A stretch of 64,000 nt of DNA from Gracilinanus agilis (GCF_016433145.1 NC_058133.1:189307201-189371200), one strand, 5' to 3'; positions 48,104 through 60,699 are shown, counted from the first letter of the stretch. Notes: generated by a model not told the origin, from the letters alone. Program-made: numbers and translations.

Positions 48104-50575
48104 GAGGGGATACCTCAGGGTGAAAAGAAGATCCACTGCGGGCCTCCCCTTCCTCCGGCTCTGAGAAGATGGCATGGTGCATGGCTTCTACATATTGAGA
48201 GCCACCAGCATCAGAGAATCGGAGCCCCACTAGGGGCAGGAAGCGCTCAGTGCTGAAATAGCGCAGGACAGGGCGAGGGGCATAGAGGGCTTGGACAAAT
48301 ACCTGTAGTGGGAAGGGGAAGACAAAGGGAGTCTTGGGAAAAAGCGTGCACAGGGCATTAGTTCCCTTCGCCTTCTCCTCGAGCCCCAGATAGCTGCTTC
48401 TGGGCCTCCTCAGGCTCTTCCAGAGCTTCATCTCCCACCCTCCAGGGGAGCAGAGAGCCCCTGCTGCACCTCACCTCCACCACATCCTCTGGGTCCTGGG
48501 CCGCCTCCTGGAAGACCTGCTCACAGTGGCGCTGGTATCGGGAGAAGAGAGCCCGGGTCTCCTGGTCAGCACTTCCCAAAACTCCACCAGGTCCCCCCTC
48601 CAGTTTCTCCTGGAAAGCGGTGCGTACAGGGCCGCACTCTATGAGACTGATGCTGGGAGTGCAAAAACAGGAGCAGATAGAGATGAGGGTTGTCATCCTT
48701 GTCCACCCTCTGCCCCTCCTCATGTCCCAATACCCTCTCCTCAATCTTGCCTCTTCCTCTCCAGAATTAGGGGGTGACAACGTGCCTAAGTGATGTGTGT
48801 CCACGAATCAGAGCATTTGTGTAGGAAGAGACCTTGGAGATCCAACTTTGTTTTGCATTTGGAGAAACTGAGGCATGAAGAAGATGTTATATAGCTGGGA
48901 AATTGTAGCATCCAAGGCCTCCAATACTAGGTCGGGAGTTGTTTCCACTCCACACTTGTGGCAAGGGGGAAAGGGAGAAAGGGCTCACAGTTTTAAGCAG
49001 AACTTCTAGTGGGACAGAAATCCTGGGCTTTTCCTGGCTGTTCCACCCTGGACAAGTCACTTAACCCCCATTGCCCTAGCCCTTACTGCTCTTCTGCCTT
49101 AGAACCAATATGCAGTATTGACAGAAGGTAAGGGTTAAAAAAAAAAAGACATCCTGGGCTGTACCTGGGCACCTTAGGGTGCTCAGGGGTATTCTGGTTA
49201 CTCACTGGACTCCGAAGGGTGGCAACAGCACAGCTAGACTCTCACATAGACCCTCCAGTGCAAACTTGCTAGCACAGTAAACTGCGTTAAAGGGCAAGCC
49301 TTTGGAGTCAAGGAGAGAACAGGAGAAAGAGGCTGAGCTAAAGCCTGGATGCTCCAACGCCCCCACCCCAATCAATGTCCACACTCCTCTTGAAAACCCC
49401 ATAATAATCATAACACCTGGCCTCCCCATCCCCCAACTCACCCATGAGCCCGCCAATGCTCCCAGTGACAAGCACTCGGCCTGTACCACGCCGCTTCATA
49501 TCTGGAAGGAAAGCCTGGAGCATACGCACTGTTCCTACCACGTTCACGTCTAACACAGAACCCACAGCCTCTACTTCCTGGGCTTCCAGGGGCCCAAGCA
49601 GGCCACGGCCAGCATTACACACTGAGAAGAGGAGCCCATGCCTCATCCCCACCCTCCTGCTTCCCCTCCTCCCTCGGAGCCTTTCACATCCTCAGTCAAA
49701 TTTCCCCAATCCAACCCTGCTAGGGCATCTACAGATTTCCAGTTGATTTTCTTTCAGGCAGAAAACAGTGACAGTAGGGGGCAGCTGGGTGGCTCAGTGG
49801 ATTGGGAGCAAGGCCTAGAGACAAGAGGTCCTAAGTTCAAATCTGGCCTCAGACACTTCCTGGCTGTGTGACCCTGGGCAAGTCACTTGACCCCCATTGC
49901 CTGGCCCTTATCACTCTTCTGCCTTTGAACCAATCCATAGATTTGATTCTAAGGTGGAAGGTAAGGATTAAAAAAAAAAGTGGCAGTGCAGCTAGGGAGT
50001 TTGGAACATTTTGCTAAACATTTAGGGGTAGGACAGAACAAAGTTGAGATAAGGCTAAGATACTGAAAAACCTAAAGCCTCCTGGCTGGGAAAGGGGAAG
50101 GTGAGGAATGTTCCTAGGAAGGAGAACCCATACGTCCTATGCACAAGTAGGGAAGGGGACCCAAGAAGTTTGAGTGATCTCACCCAGGACATCCACCCGG
50201 CCTTCTGTCACATGGTCTCGGGCAGCAGCCACCGAGCTGGGATCAGTCACATCGAGCTGTAGTGTCTCCAAGGACCCTGGAGGGCAGCCTCGAACCCGTG
50301 CACCATCCCACAGAGGGCCCTGAGCCCCGAGGTCCCGTAGAGTGGCATATACTGAGTGGGAAGGTGGATTACCTGGAGTTGGGACCCCTCCAAGAGACAT
50401 TTACCTTTCCCACCTCAGCTGCAATCAGGAACACCCATTGCCCTCTGTGTTGGTCTTTGGGCCCTGATCTCCTCCCACCTTTGAAACTGCCTGAAGGATC
50501 AGCCGCCAAGCGCCAAGCCAGATGCAGACCAATTCCAGAGGAACAGCCGGTGATGAGGACTACCTTCCGCTCCAT
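48099..50575 (-). CDS. HSD17B1: 17-beta-hydroxysteroid dehydrogenase type 1 (SDR), 306 aa, 6 exons
   Basis: Exons (minus) 50575-50479, 50351-50184, 49621-49442, 49299-49206, 48652-48475, 48302-48099; total 921 nt, [12 protein letters not shown] cofactor motif, CNAG, catalytic Ser (TGSIGG) and YCASK. Syntenic position between NAGLU and COASY. Confidence 0.95.
49030..49147 (+). mobile_element. 5'-truncated SINE1 in HSD17B1 intron 4
   Basis: Only the 3' half is present; ATCCTGGGCT on both flanks. Confidence 0.8.
49777..49979 (+). mobile_element. SINE1 in HSD17B1 intron 2
   Basis: Full head to poly(A). Confidence 0.9.
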
Positions 50576-51019
50576 AGTAGGAGACAGAGCAGAGGCCAGA
50601 GACAGATTTGGGAGACTTACAAAGGGGTGGTTAGAAAGAATCCAAGAGGCAAAAGAGTTACAGATAGGAAGGGATGCAGAAACTGGCCCAGCCCTTGAGC
50701 CTCAAGGGCACCTCCTTTTTCTCAAGCCCCCAACCTCCCTTGTTGTGTCTATTTCATTATCTCAAGGCCAGTGAGCCTTCAACTGCCTCTTTCTTCTCTT
50801 TCCCCATCTCTCCCCAAGTCTAATTTGCCAGCAGGCATTGAAGGAAAAAATCTCTTCTCTGAAAGCTGGGTGAGGGGAAACTGAGGCAAGGAGCAGAAGC
50901 CTGGAGCCAAATCTAGCTGCTCTAGCAACTGAATGGGGGAAAAGGGAGATGCCAGTCATATCCACTTTCTTGCTTTGCTTCTCTGAGGACCAGACACGAA
51001 ACACATGCTGCTATATGGA

Positions 51020-51025
51020 TTTATT
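51020..51025 (-). terminator. Probable NAGLU poly(A) signal AATAAA
   Basis: TTTATT on the plus strand, ~465 nt after the NAGLU stop (distance spans the N gap). Confidence 0.55.
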
Positions 51026-51216
51026 GATTGAATAGGGTAGAAAACAATGGTTTGATTTCTAGTTCTGGAGTACTACAGAGAATGGTATGGATAACCCCCT
51101 CTATTACTCTCACTTCATAGGACCCACTTTCTATCCCAGACCTTCACCTCTCTTCTGCTCACCCAATTAAAAGGGTCTCTTCAGTGAGTGCAGTCCCTGG
51201 CTCAGGAACCAGTCAC

Positions 51217-51356
51217 NNNNNNNNNNNNNNNNNNNNNNNNNNNNNNNNNNNNNNNNNNNNNNNNNNNNNNNNNNNNNNNNNNNNNNNNNNNNNNNNNNNN
51301 NNNNNNNNNNNNNNNNNNNNNNNNNNNNNNNNNNNNNNNNNNNNNNNNNNNNNNNN
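51217..51356. other. Assembly gap (140 N) in the NAGLU 3'UTR
   Basis: Run of N. Confidence 0.99.
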
Positions 51357-51488
51357 GTCCATGGTTTTACAACTGATTCCCCTCCCAGGGTCCCAAGTTA
51401 GGCCACTGATAGGATTGAAGGTCCAAGGAGGAAGCTCAAGAATGTAAGTTATGAGTTGGCGTCCCAGGTGGAGCCAGTGAGGGGTGGG

Positions 51489-54400
51489 TCACAAAGCTCC
51501 TGCTTGAAACTTTGGGTAATACTTGAGGAAGAATTTCCTGGCTAAGTCCACAGTGTCCCCCTGAGGCTGGGTGGGGAACTTCTCCCTCCCCAATACAAAG
51601 TCCTGGCCCAACAGGAAGGCTTCATTCTCAAACTGGTTCTGGTGGAAGGGGGTGCCCTCAGCCAGGCTCTTTACCAGCATCTCCACAAAGAGCTTCCATC
51701 GGGGAGCATAGTAGCCAGCCACAAGTCCTGCCAGCTGTTTGTTGGCATAGTCTAGGATGTTGCCTGTGGGTCCCCACAGAGTCAGCTGGTAGCGGGCATT
51801 CTGCTCAAAACGCCAGGCCTCAGCTTCACTGACTGCCATCTCCCGAGCCTGCTCCAGCCAGCTACCTAGCAGGAACCGCTCATCAGTCCCCAGCAGCTCA
51901 TCCAGGGAGGGCAGTAGGTCAAAGACCAGCAGGCCACCAGCACTGAGCAAGGCTGGCATTGATCCTGCCTCAAAGGCTGTCCTGAGCTCCCCATAGTACA
52001 GGCTCACCAACTCCTGGGCCACCTGACGAGTGACATCCAGAAGGTCATAACGGAAGGCAGGGCTGGTTGCCAGCTGTGGGGCTGCTTCCAGCAGCAACCT
52101 CCAGGCCTCAAATACATCACTCCGATTATACCAGACAGAGAAGTCCAAGTGAAGGGACGGTCGCTTCACCAGTGGGCTGTGATTATGGCCAGTGCAGTTT
52201 TCCCAAGAACAGTTGTAGACACTTCGTAGCAGCAGCCTCCAGGCAGCTTCCGTCTGGGGGTGGGGAGTCCCATATCGCTGGGCTGCAAAGCCTGCTACCC
52301 AAGCCCCAAGGTCAGGAAAGGGGTCCTTCCTCCAGCCCAGCTCAGCCATTAGGGCATAGACCACTTCGTTCTGATTGATGCCCTCTGGGACTATGCCTGT
52401 ACCCACAATGGTAGTGTTGGGAAAGAGACGTGCAGTTGAGGGTCCCCTGTTTACAGCATCTAACACCCCAAAAAGCCCATGGTTTCCCCCAAAATTGTGC
52501 AGCATGCACCAGATAAAGGGCTGGCCATAGAAGGAATTGGTGCGGGAGTAGACAGGCTGAGACTCAGCAAAGAGGTCCAAGATGAGAAAGCGGCCACGGG
52601 GCACAGCCTCCATCACAGCCTTCACCTGGGGGGGTTTCCAGAAATCTGGCTGATGCTGAAAAAGCCAGCCCTGGAAAAGCCACACAGCATCAACATCCAC
52701 TGTAGGAATAAGGCATGGGAGAAGAAGGGATAGCTGGTGAGAGGAGGAAACATCTAGGTCTCTTCCAAAGAGGATACAAGGCCTAGAAAAACAGTTACAA
52801 GAACACAACCCCCAAGTATGGACCTATCTTACCTTGGACCTCCACACACCTAGCTCCACTTCTGTCTCACTGCCTCCCAGGACCTCCCTCCCTAGTCAGT
52901 CAATCAGTTACCAAGAAGCATTCATTAAGTGCCCACTACGTGTAAAGGTCTATACTAAGTATCAGAGATGCAAATAAAGGGAAAAAACAATCCTTGTCCT
53001 CAAGGAGCTTACAGTCTAAAGGGAGAGACAATATACTAACAAGAAGTACAAACAAGATACAGATAGGATAAGGAGATAGTCACCCGAGGGAAAGCATTTG
53101 TATTAAGGGAGTTCAGGAAAAGTTTCCTGTTGAAGGTGGGATTTTTAGATCAGAAACCAAGGAAAAGCAGAGAGGAGGAAGAGAAATCCAGGCATGAGGG
53201 ACAGTCAGCAAAAAGGCAAAGACATGGGAGAAAGAGTCTTCTTCAATGAATAGCAAGGTTAGTGTCACTGAATAATAGAGTAGATGGAATGGAGTAGGTG
53301 TAATTAGGCTTGAAAGGTACCCTTGGGGAGGGGGAGCTTTTGAAAGCTAAAGAGAGTATTTCTTATCAGTACCAAATGTAGTTGATTCTGGAGGTGAGTG
53401 ACCAAATGAAAAGTTAGCATGGTCAGACTTGTACATTAAGACCACTCTGCCAGCTGAGGGAGGTGGGGGGGGGGCACGTAAGGCCAGGAGACCATTCAGA
53501 AAGTTACCGAAATAGTCCAGGTGTGAAATGACGAGAGTCTGGACCACAGCTGGGGAATTGTCAGAGAAGAAAAGGACTCATGTGAAAAATGTTTCAAAGT
53601 GAGAGGATCTGGATTGGTTATGTAAGGAAAACAAAAAGTGAAGAATTGAGGATTACACCTAAATTGTAAGTCTAGGTGACTGGGAAGATGATAATACCTT
53701 CAAAAGTAACAAGGAAATGAGGGCAGCTAGGTGGCTCAGTGGATTGAGAACTAGTCCTGGGTACAAGTCTGGCCTCAGACAGTTCCTACCTGTGTGACCC
53801 CGGGCAAGTCACTTAACCCTTATTGCTTAACCATTATCACTCTTCTGCCTTGGAACACAGTATTGATTCTAAGACAGAAGGCATGGGTTTTAAAAAAGAA
53901 GTAATAGGGAAGTTAGGAAAATGAGAGGCTTTGGGGAGAATGGGCCAGGAACCAAAGCAGAGAAGTTAAGGTAGGATAAACAGATCTGAGAATGATCAAT
54001 AGGGTTGAATCCATGGAGCTGGTGAGAAAGGTAGAGAAGAAAGAAAAGAGAGGGCCCAGGACAGAGCCCTGTTGGACACTCATGGTTAGTAACCTGGACA
54101 AAGTCCCAGCAAAGAAGAATGAGGGATAATCTCACAGCTAAGAGGAGAACCACAATAAAATGTTTTCAGATAAATCTAGAGAGAAGAGGGAATCAAGGTA
54201 AAAAGAGAGGAAGAAATTATAGAAGGCTGCAGAGAGGACAGCATGGATGAGGATAGAGAAGAAGCCATTAGACCTGGCAATGAAAAGATTGTCAGATAAC
54301 ACTGAAGGGAAGGTTGGAAGGCAGACTGCAGAATTAGGAAGAGAATGAGAGAAGAGGCACTGGTTGTAGGCAGCCTTCTCTAGGAGGTCAGCCACAGAAG

Positions 54401-57400
54401 AGAGGAGAATGATCAGGGTTGGAGGGTCAAGAGAGGATTTCTGAGGACAGTGGAGACCAAAGCATGCTTGTGGGCCAAGGGGTAAGCAACCTAACTAGAC
54501 TGGGAGAAGCTCATGTTTACAGAGTGAACAGGAATGAGGGAGGGTGGAGAGAACAGGATCAAGGAGCTTTTGTCTGGGAGGCAACAAAATGACTTGGCTT
54601 CAAGTCCCAAAGGAATGACCAAAAAAGTGCTTTTCAGCAGAAAAAGTAGAAGAGAGGAAGACAGGAGACATGGCCTGCAGCCTAGATCTTAGCCAAGTTA
54701 CTTCCCCATATACAAAATGGAAGGGTTGCTCTAGGGAAGCATAGGGTCACAGACTAAGAGTTGTAGAATTTTCAGAAATCACTTGGTCTAACCTCATGTT
54801 GGTGAACCTGTGGCACACCTGTTGGAGGGGGCTGCTCTCCTCCTCCTCTCCACAGGCACCTGAGGACATTTTTCACATCACCTGCCCCTCTGCCCAGCAG
54901 CCCAATGGGAGCACTTCCTCCCTCACCTGTCTGGGGTAAGGGGGTGGTTCACATGGATGTGAGGATGTAGTTTCAGCACTTGGTCTCTGAAAGGTTTGCC
55001 ATCACTGGTCTAACCCCTTCACTTGAGGAACAAGAAGACAGTGGCTCCCAGACTCTAGTGACCTGCCCAGTAAGTGTTCAAGGCAGAAAGCAACACCAAG
55101 TCCTACTCTAATGCTTACATTTTGCAATGAATCTGGAAACTCTGGGCCAGAGTTTGAGCAGCAATCACCGTAATAGCTTATATTTATAGAGGACTTTAAA
55201 CTCTGCCAAAGTCTTGACATACATTATTTCATCTGGTCCTCAGGATGACTCAAGGCAGGAGGGGCTATTATTATCCCCATTTTACAGAGGAAGAAACTGA
55301 GTCTTAGAGAGATTTAAGTGCTTTGCCTAGGGTCACAAGGTGAGGTGAGACTGATTCAAATCATAACAGTAGGCCTGTACTCACCACCACCCTCTTTCCC
55401 CACACACATTCCCCAAACTTTTTATTTGCTTGGCTGATATTCTCCTCAACTCCCCACCTCACTTTGCTGGATGTCCTGCCTTTTGTGTCTGTCTCCCTCA
55501 GCTACCCTCAGCACCTTCCCTCCTCACCTGCAACCATGGCTTCATAGACTGCAGCTGTGGCAGCAGCCAGGTAGGCTGGCTTAGAGGAAGGGGGCTCCAT
55601 TTCATTGAAGATGTCAGCACTATAGATGTGGTCAGTGCCAAACTCCTTGGTCAGCTCCCTCAGAAAGAGGCTCCCAACAACTGGGAACAAGGGGTCTTCG
55701 GGGGCCAAGAGGTAGGAGCAGGAATAAGTGCAGTTAAAATCAATCCACTTGCCCAGATTTGTGACATTGGCTTGAGGGAACACCCTGGAGGAGAAGGAAG
55801 AAACAATTGTAGAGGGAGAATGATGGAGGAGAGAGGTGATAGGAGAGACCAGAGAAACAGGATCACACCAATGGAGAGAAAGTTTGAGCAGGGAACATCC
55901 CCATCCCTACAGAGCCCCATAAAGGGGACTCCAGTGTCAAAGTGGCCCTCTTGGAAAAGAATCCAGGGGAAAAGGGGAAGAAATTGTCCCTTTTCATATC
56001 TTCAGTGTACCCCAACACACTGGTTGTTTCTTTGTGTCAAAGTATCTCCTACTTTTGTGGGGTTAACCATCAGAATAAAGTAAAGGATTCATAACCATTT
56101 CTGTGATATGGAACACCTTTGACAATCTGTTGTAGCCTCTAGAGCCATTTTCAGAATATTTTCAAATTCAAAAAGTAAGATACACAAGATCACAAAAGAA
56201 ACCAATTCTATGAAAACACAATTATTAAAATATTAGAAAAAACAACAACCACCAAGAACTCCAGCGAAAGCAATCATTATTTTCTGGAACATTGTTACTG
56301 ATAAATTAACTCTTTACAGCTAGAATTATATGATATTTAGTGGAAGGCAAGAAAGGAGGAGCAAAGGCAAGGGCGGCTGTGAAGAGGCTCAATGTAAGTG
56401 ATTCCAGTGTGAGTGTCCTCTGTAACAAGGATGTCTTAAGAGCTTCTTGAAGATTCATGGTTGTAATGGAAAGATGGTTGGACTTGGGAGTCAGGATTTA
56501 AATCCTACTGCAGACATTTCCTAGCTAAGTGACACTGAGCAGTTGCTTAACCTTTTTCAGACTCAGTTTCTCCTGCAAAATGGTAATGACCATAAAAGAA
56601 GCACTCACTTGGCAGGGATGCTGTGAGAATCAAGTGAAATAATGTATGTAAAGTGCTTTGCAACCTTAGAAAGCTATATAAGCATCAGCTCTCATTACCA
56701 CTTCCTAGCAATGTGACCTTGGGTAAGTCACATTTAACCTTTCTCAGTCTTAAGTTTCTTCACTAGTAAAATAGTGAGGATCTATACTACCTACCTCTTG
56801 GGATTGCTATTTTGAAGAAAGTATTTTTGTCACTTAAATTGCTATATAAGTGAGTTATCAGTATGATTAGTGATCATATAAGTCTACCTATCCTCTTACA
56901 CAAGAGATGAGGGGGCTGACTTCTATGTTGGTTGTCTCCCTTTAGAATGTAAGCTCATTTCCAGAAGGGAACTATTTTATTCTTTGTGCTTGCATTCTCA
57001 CTACTTCTTCCAGCACACAGTCAGTGCTTTACTGCTTACTGAGCATAATGCTTGTTGGGTTGATTGGCCATCAAGGTCCAAAGCAGGGAAGTGACTTTTT
57101 CCAAGGTTACACAGCTAGGTAGTAGCAGAGTCAAGGCTGTAATCCAAGACTTCCAACCCTTGGATCAAGGTTCTTTCTGCTTCTGGTTCTTTCTGATGGG
57201 AGAATGTTCATCTCCCATCAATAAAGTATTTCTCAGTGGAACGGGAGCTTGACTTAGAGAGGAAGTACTCAAGTTCAAATCCCAACTTTGCCACTTCCTC
57301 TTTTGTCATCACAGACAAGGCACAACTTTTCAAAGATTCAGTGTAATCAAGCAACCAATCTTTCTTAAGCATCTTCTATATGTCATGTCAGATGATGGGA

Positions 57401-59478
57401 ATACCAAGCAGACCTTGGTAGGAAGGCACTAACACTGGAGGATCAGGGGAGGGCTCAAAGCTTTTCCAGTCCCAAATCTGTGAACATGGGTAGAAGCAAT
57501 ACAGAAATATTTTCTACCATTTTGCATATAAGAAAATGCATGTTCAGAGAGAGGAAGTAATTTCTGTCTAATCTGGGAACCAAACCTAGATTTCCTCTTT
57601 TTTTTCTATCACTTTATACTTTTTTCTAGAGAAAGGCAGTGGAATGTCATGTGAATTAAGGGCTAGAAGGAATGATCCAACAGGCTGTGTAGTCAAATCT
57701 CCTAACTATATAATAGAGGAAACTAATAGTGGAAAGGTTAAGGGACTTGTAAGGTCATACAGATGAGCCAGGATTCAAAACTAGTTCCTTAAACTCCAGA
57801 TTTGGCATGCTTTTTACTGCCTCTCCTAGACAGGACCTTTGAATCATACAGAGATTTGTCATCTATGGTCCTGCCTTGTTTTCACTTACTCACCTAGTAA
57901 ATGCCTTGGGGATATGTCCAGCAAATGCAGGAAGCACTGGCTTCATCCCAAAAGATCTCATCCTCTCTAGAATCCGGTGCTGGAGAGGGAAAGGGGAGGG
58001 ACAGCTGGGTCAGGATTATCAGGAACCTCCTCACTCAGCCCAAGGAAGCCTCCTCTCCACTGTCCCATTACCTGTAGGTAAGACTGCTTAAGGTCCCAGG
58101 AGGAGGGCAAAGGACCACCCCAGGTGTGCAGGTTGCCCATTCGCCCCCATGCCAAGAAGGCTGGACCAGTAAAGTACTCATCTATCTCTGTCTGGTTCAG
58201 ACCCAAAGTCAAGTACACCTGGGGAAAAGAGATAAAAACAATGATAAACTCTTGTCCAATTTATGAAGTCACCTCAATCTATAGTTCATTTCATCCTCAT
58301 AATTCCATGAGGTAAGGCAAGCAAACATTATCATCCCCATTTGACTGAAAGAAAACTGAGGCCTGGGTCTGGTAGAGAAATCTTCTGATTTCTGGTCTAG
58401 TACTTTCCCAACTATACTAGGATGCCTCTCATTTGGCTCTCCCAGCACCCATTTAGATAAGTAAGGCATCAACCAGGACAAGTTAGAAGTGGGCTCACAG
58501 AATGACAAAACTGGAAGAGACTGTCTCATCCAAACTCTCATTTTATAGAGAAGGAAACTGAGGCCCAGGGAAGGGAAATAATTTGTTTTCCTCCAAATAA
58601 AGAGGGGAGGAAGAAAGGGGGAGAAAGAGAGAAAGGAGAGAGAGAAATGGAGAGTAAGGAGAGTAAGGGAGCAACACAAAACAGGGGACGAGGTGAGAGT
58701 GGGAGAAAGAGAGGAGAGAAGAAAGAAGGGAGGGAGGGAGGGAGGGAGGAGTGAAGATGGGGAAAGGGAGAGAGGAGATCAAATTGCCGGGCAGGGGCAG
58801 AGCGCTGGACGAAGTCCCCTGGAGCAGGCACGACCTAACTCTCCAGCTCTCTCAGCCCAACCTGGACCTACCCTCCTCCAGACAGCCTCCTGCCCCACGG
58901 GGGCCAGCACCAGGTTGATGCCATTCAGGGCCATCCAGTCAATCTCTCGCTCCCAGCGCTCCCAGCCCCACCACACGAAGGAGTAGCTGGGCGTGCAGAT
59001 GTTCAAGTAATAGCGGTACCTACCGGGAAGTGGAGGGAAGGTGAGTCTCCGGACTGGCGCTCTCCCCACCCCCACTCACGGCGCCCCGTTACCTGTTGGG
59101 TGTGGTCTCGATGAGCTTCTCAGGCACTGCGGGCAGAGGTTCAGGCAGGTGGAGCTGCGCTCCCGACCAAGCCACGTGGCATCCACAGAAGTCGCGCAGG
59201 TAGCGGTGCAGCCCTGCCGCGGCCGCCACACCACTGGAGCCGGTCACCCGCACCGGGCTCTCGCCGCCGCCGCTCAGGCAGTACGTGTCGGCGTCCGGGG
59301 TAGGGGCTAGGGTGCGTTCCACGGACACCGAGAACCTCACGGCAGCCCGGGGTCCCAGTAGCCTCGTCAGCAGGCCCCGCACAGCAGCTACCTCCTGGGC
59401 CTCGTCTCCAGCCACATCGGCTCCCACCCCACTCACGAACAGAAAGGAAAGCACCTGCACCACCCCAGCCCGGGCCAT
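51489..59478 (-). CDS. NAGLU: Alpha-N-acetylglucosaminidase (GH89), 744 aa, 6 exons
   Basis: Exons (minus) 59478-59093, 59019-58872, 58218-58072, 57979-57894, 55784-55528, 52699-51489; total 2235 nt, GT-AG. ATG in ACAACCATGG context, followed by a signal peptide. Catalytic-Glu motifs ADIFNEM and [11 protein letters not shown] are present, also [10 protein letters not shown]. Confidence 0.97.
52880..54620 (-). mobile_element. L2 fragments in NAGLU intron 5
   Basis: L2 3' end (AGTCAGTCAATCA...CATTCATTAAGTGCCCACTA...CTTGTCCTCAAGGAGCTTACAGTCTA) followed by GA-rich antisense body. Confidence 0.7.
53721..53896 (+). mobile_element. SINE1-type SINE inserted in L2
   Basis: GGGCAGCTAGGTGGCTCAGTGGATTGAGA head. 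Confidence 0.85.
54794..55007. mobile_element. hAT MITE (CAGTGATGGCGAACC-type TIR) with perfect 8-bp TSD
   Basis: TSD GTCTAACC at 54786-54793 and 55008-55015; right TIR GGTTTGCCATCACTG; left TIR degenerate. Confidence 0.85.
56470..56870 (+). mobile_element. Two tandem MIR fragments
   Basis: CTCAGTTTCTC...CTGCAAAATGG...GATGCTGTGAG...TGTAAAGTGCTTTG core seen twice. Confidence 0.7.
58600..58780. repeat. Polypurine low-complexity tract including (GGGA)n
   Basis: GA-rich ~180 bp in NAGLU intron 2. Confidence 0.8.
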
Positions 59479-59519
59479 GGTTGTCCGCTCCCGCCCTCTG
59501 AGCCCAACTTTAGACTGCG

Positions 59520-59625
59520 CTGCCGTCCAATCAGCGAGCGCCCTTTGGTGCATGTGACCTTCAGGGTGTTAAAGGAGGGGGTGGGGGGCGGCGACGGTGG
59601 CCGGTTTTGAGGCACGTGCCTCTGT
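59520..59625 (-). promoter_or_regulatory. NAGLU proximal promoter (CCAAT, E-box/CLEAR-like, GC box)
   Basis: CCAATCAG near 59527, CATGTGAC at 59551-59558, G-rich GC box near 59580, palindromic GGCACGTGCC at 59611-59620. Confidence 0.6.
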
Positions 59626-59869
59626 TGCTGCTGAAGCTTTGGCTAAATACATATCTATCCTTGTAGCCCTCAGAGTCCCGAGCAGTTTTGCTTTAGCTAC
59701 TGGAGCTATTGAGGCATTGTATAGACGGAACTGGAGACTAGGGACCGAGTTCTGGAACAGCTAGGTTCGAATCCTGCCTTAGGCATTTGACTAAGGTTTT
59801 TGCCCCTGATAAAGTCACTCAAGCAATCTGTCTCAGTCTCCCTTTATAAAATTGACCTGAGGCCAATAT

Positions 59870-60170
59870 AATGATTCCAGACAATTCTGAAGGACCTACG
59901 AGAAAAATGCTATCCATCTCCAGAGAAAGAACTGATGGAGGCTAAATGAAGATTGAAGGTTACTTTTTTAAACTTTATCTTTTTTGTTTTTCTTTTTGAG
60001 AGAGATCTTTTTTTTCTTTCACAACATGACTAATATGGAACTATGTTTTGCAAGACTCCACGTATATAATCGTTATCACATTCCTTAACTTCTCATTGAG
60101 GGGGAGGTAAGAGAAGAAGGGAGAGAATTTGGAACTCAAAATTTTTTTAATTGTCAAAAACTGTTTTTAG
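59870..60170 (+). mobile_element. L1 3'UTR fragment
   Basis: CCAGACAATTCTGAAGGAC...AATGCTATCCATCTCCAGAGAAAGAACTG is the reverse of the signature at 39100-39170. Confidence 0.7.
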
Positions 60171-60174
60171 GCTT

Positions 60175-60395
60175 CTCAAAAGGTATATAAGTTCCCCAAA
60201 TTCTTTTGTTCCTTGGAGTCGTCATCTAGCTCTGTGTCACTCCCAGAGATAATGTCCCCAGAGTCCCAGGTGTAGACCCTGTGAAAGTTTTGGTGCCAGA
60301 CTCTGAGTAAAGGGCCAAATATTGGACCTTTCCTGATTAAAGAATTGGTTTTTCTGACTACTTTGGTAGTTCTGTGTTATTTCCAAGTTAACACA
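60175..60395 (+). mobile_element. Probable LTR R/U5 fragment
   Basis: TATATAAG box, ATTAAA near 60336, ends ...TTAACA. Confidence 0.4.
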
Positions 60396-60699
60396 CCAAA
60401 GAAAGAGATTTGAAGGTGGGATTCAGAAAAAGTAGTTACAAAGGCAAGAATATGGTCCTTATTAGCTAGTCTTTCCAAGTAAATCAAGAGGGATTATCTT
60501 TCTTTATAAGATAAGACAAAGAAAACAGGCAGAGCCCCTTGGGCTGTTAAAGTCCTTCAAACTCTCCAGCCACAGCAAAACAGCTAGAGGCAGACTGCCT
60601 CTGGAGGACACTTGCCCAGTTCAAAATAGCCTGAGCTTAAACAACTCAGCAAAATGGCAAACAGAAAAAAATGGATTTAGTCAAGTCAAATCTTAACAG

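Noticed and set aside
48099-50575. Possibility that this HSD17B1 is the pseudogene copy
   Set aside because: All six exons are in frame with canonical splice sites and intact catalytic residues.
51184-51447. ORFs spanning the N run
   Set aside because: Artefacts of the assembly gap.
55430-56083. 217-aa plus-strand ORF
   Set aside because: Antisense to NAGLU exon 5 plus low-complexity intron; non-ATG start.
58600-58780. Polypurine tract as a functional H-DNA element or small ORFs
   Set aside because: Low-complexity sequence without a clear long mirror repeat; the ORFs are compositional artefacts.
59479-59553. In-frame upstream ATG extending NAGLU by 25 aa
   Set aside because: The ATG is part of the CATGTGAC E-box and lies beyond a CCAAT box, so it is probably upstream of the TSS. 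ATG 59478 has strong context and directly precedes the signal peptide.
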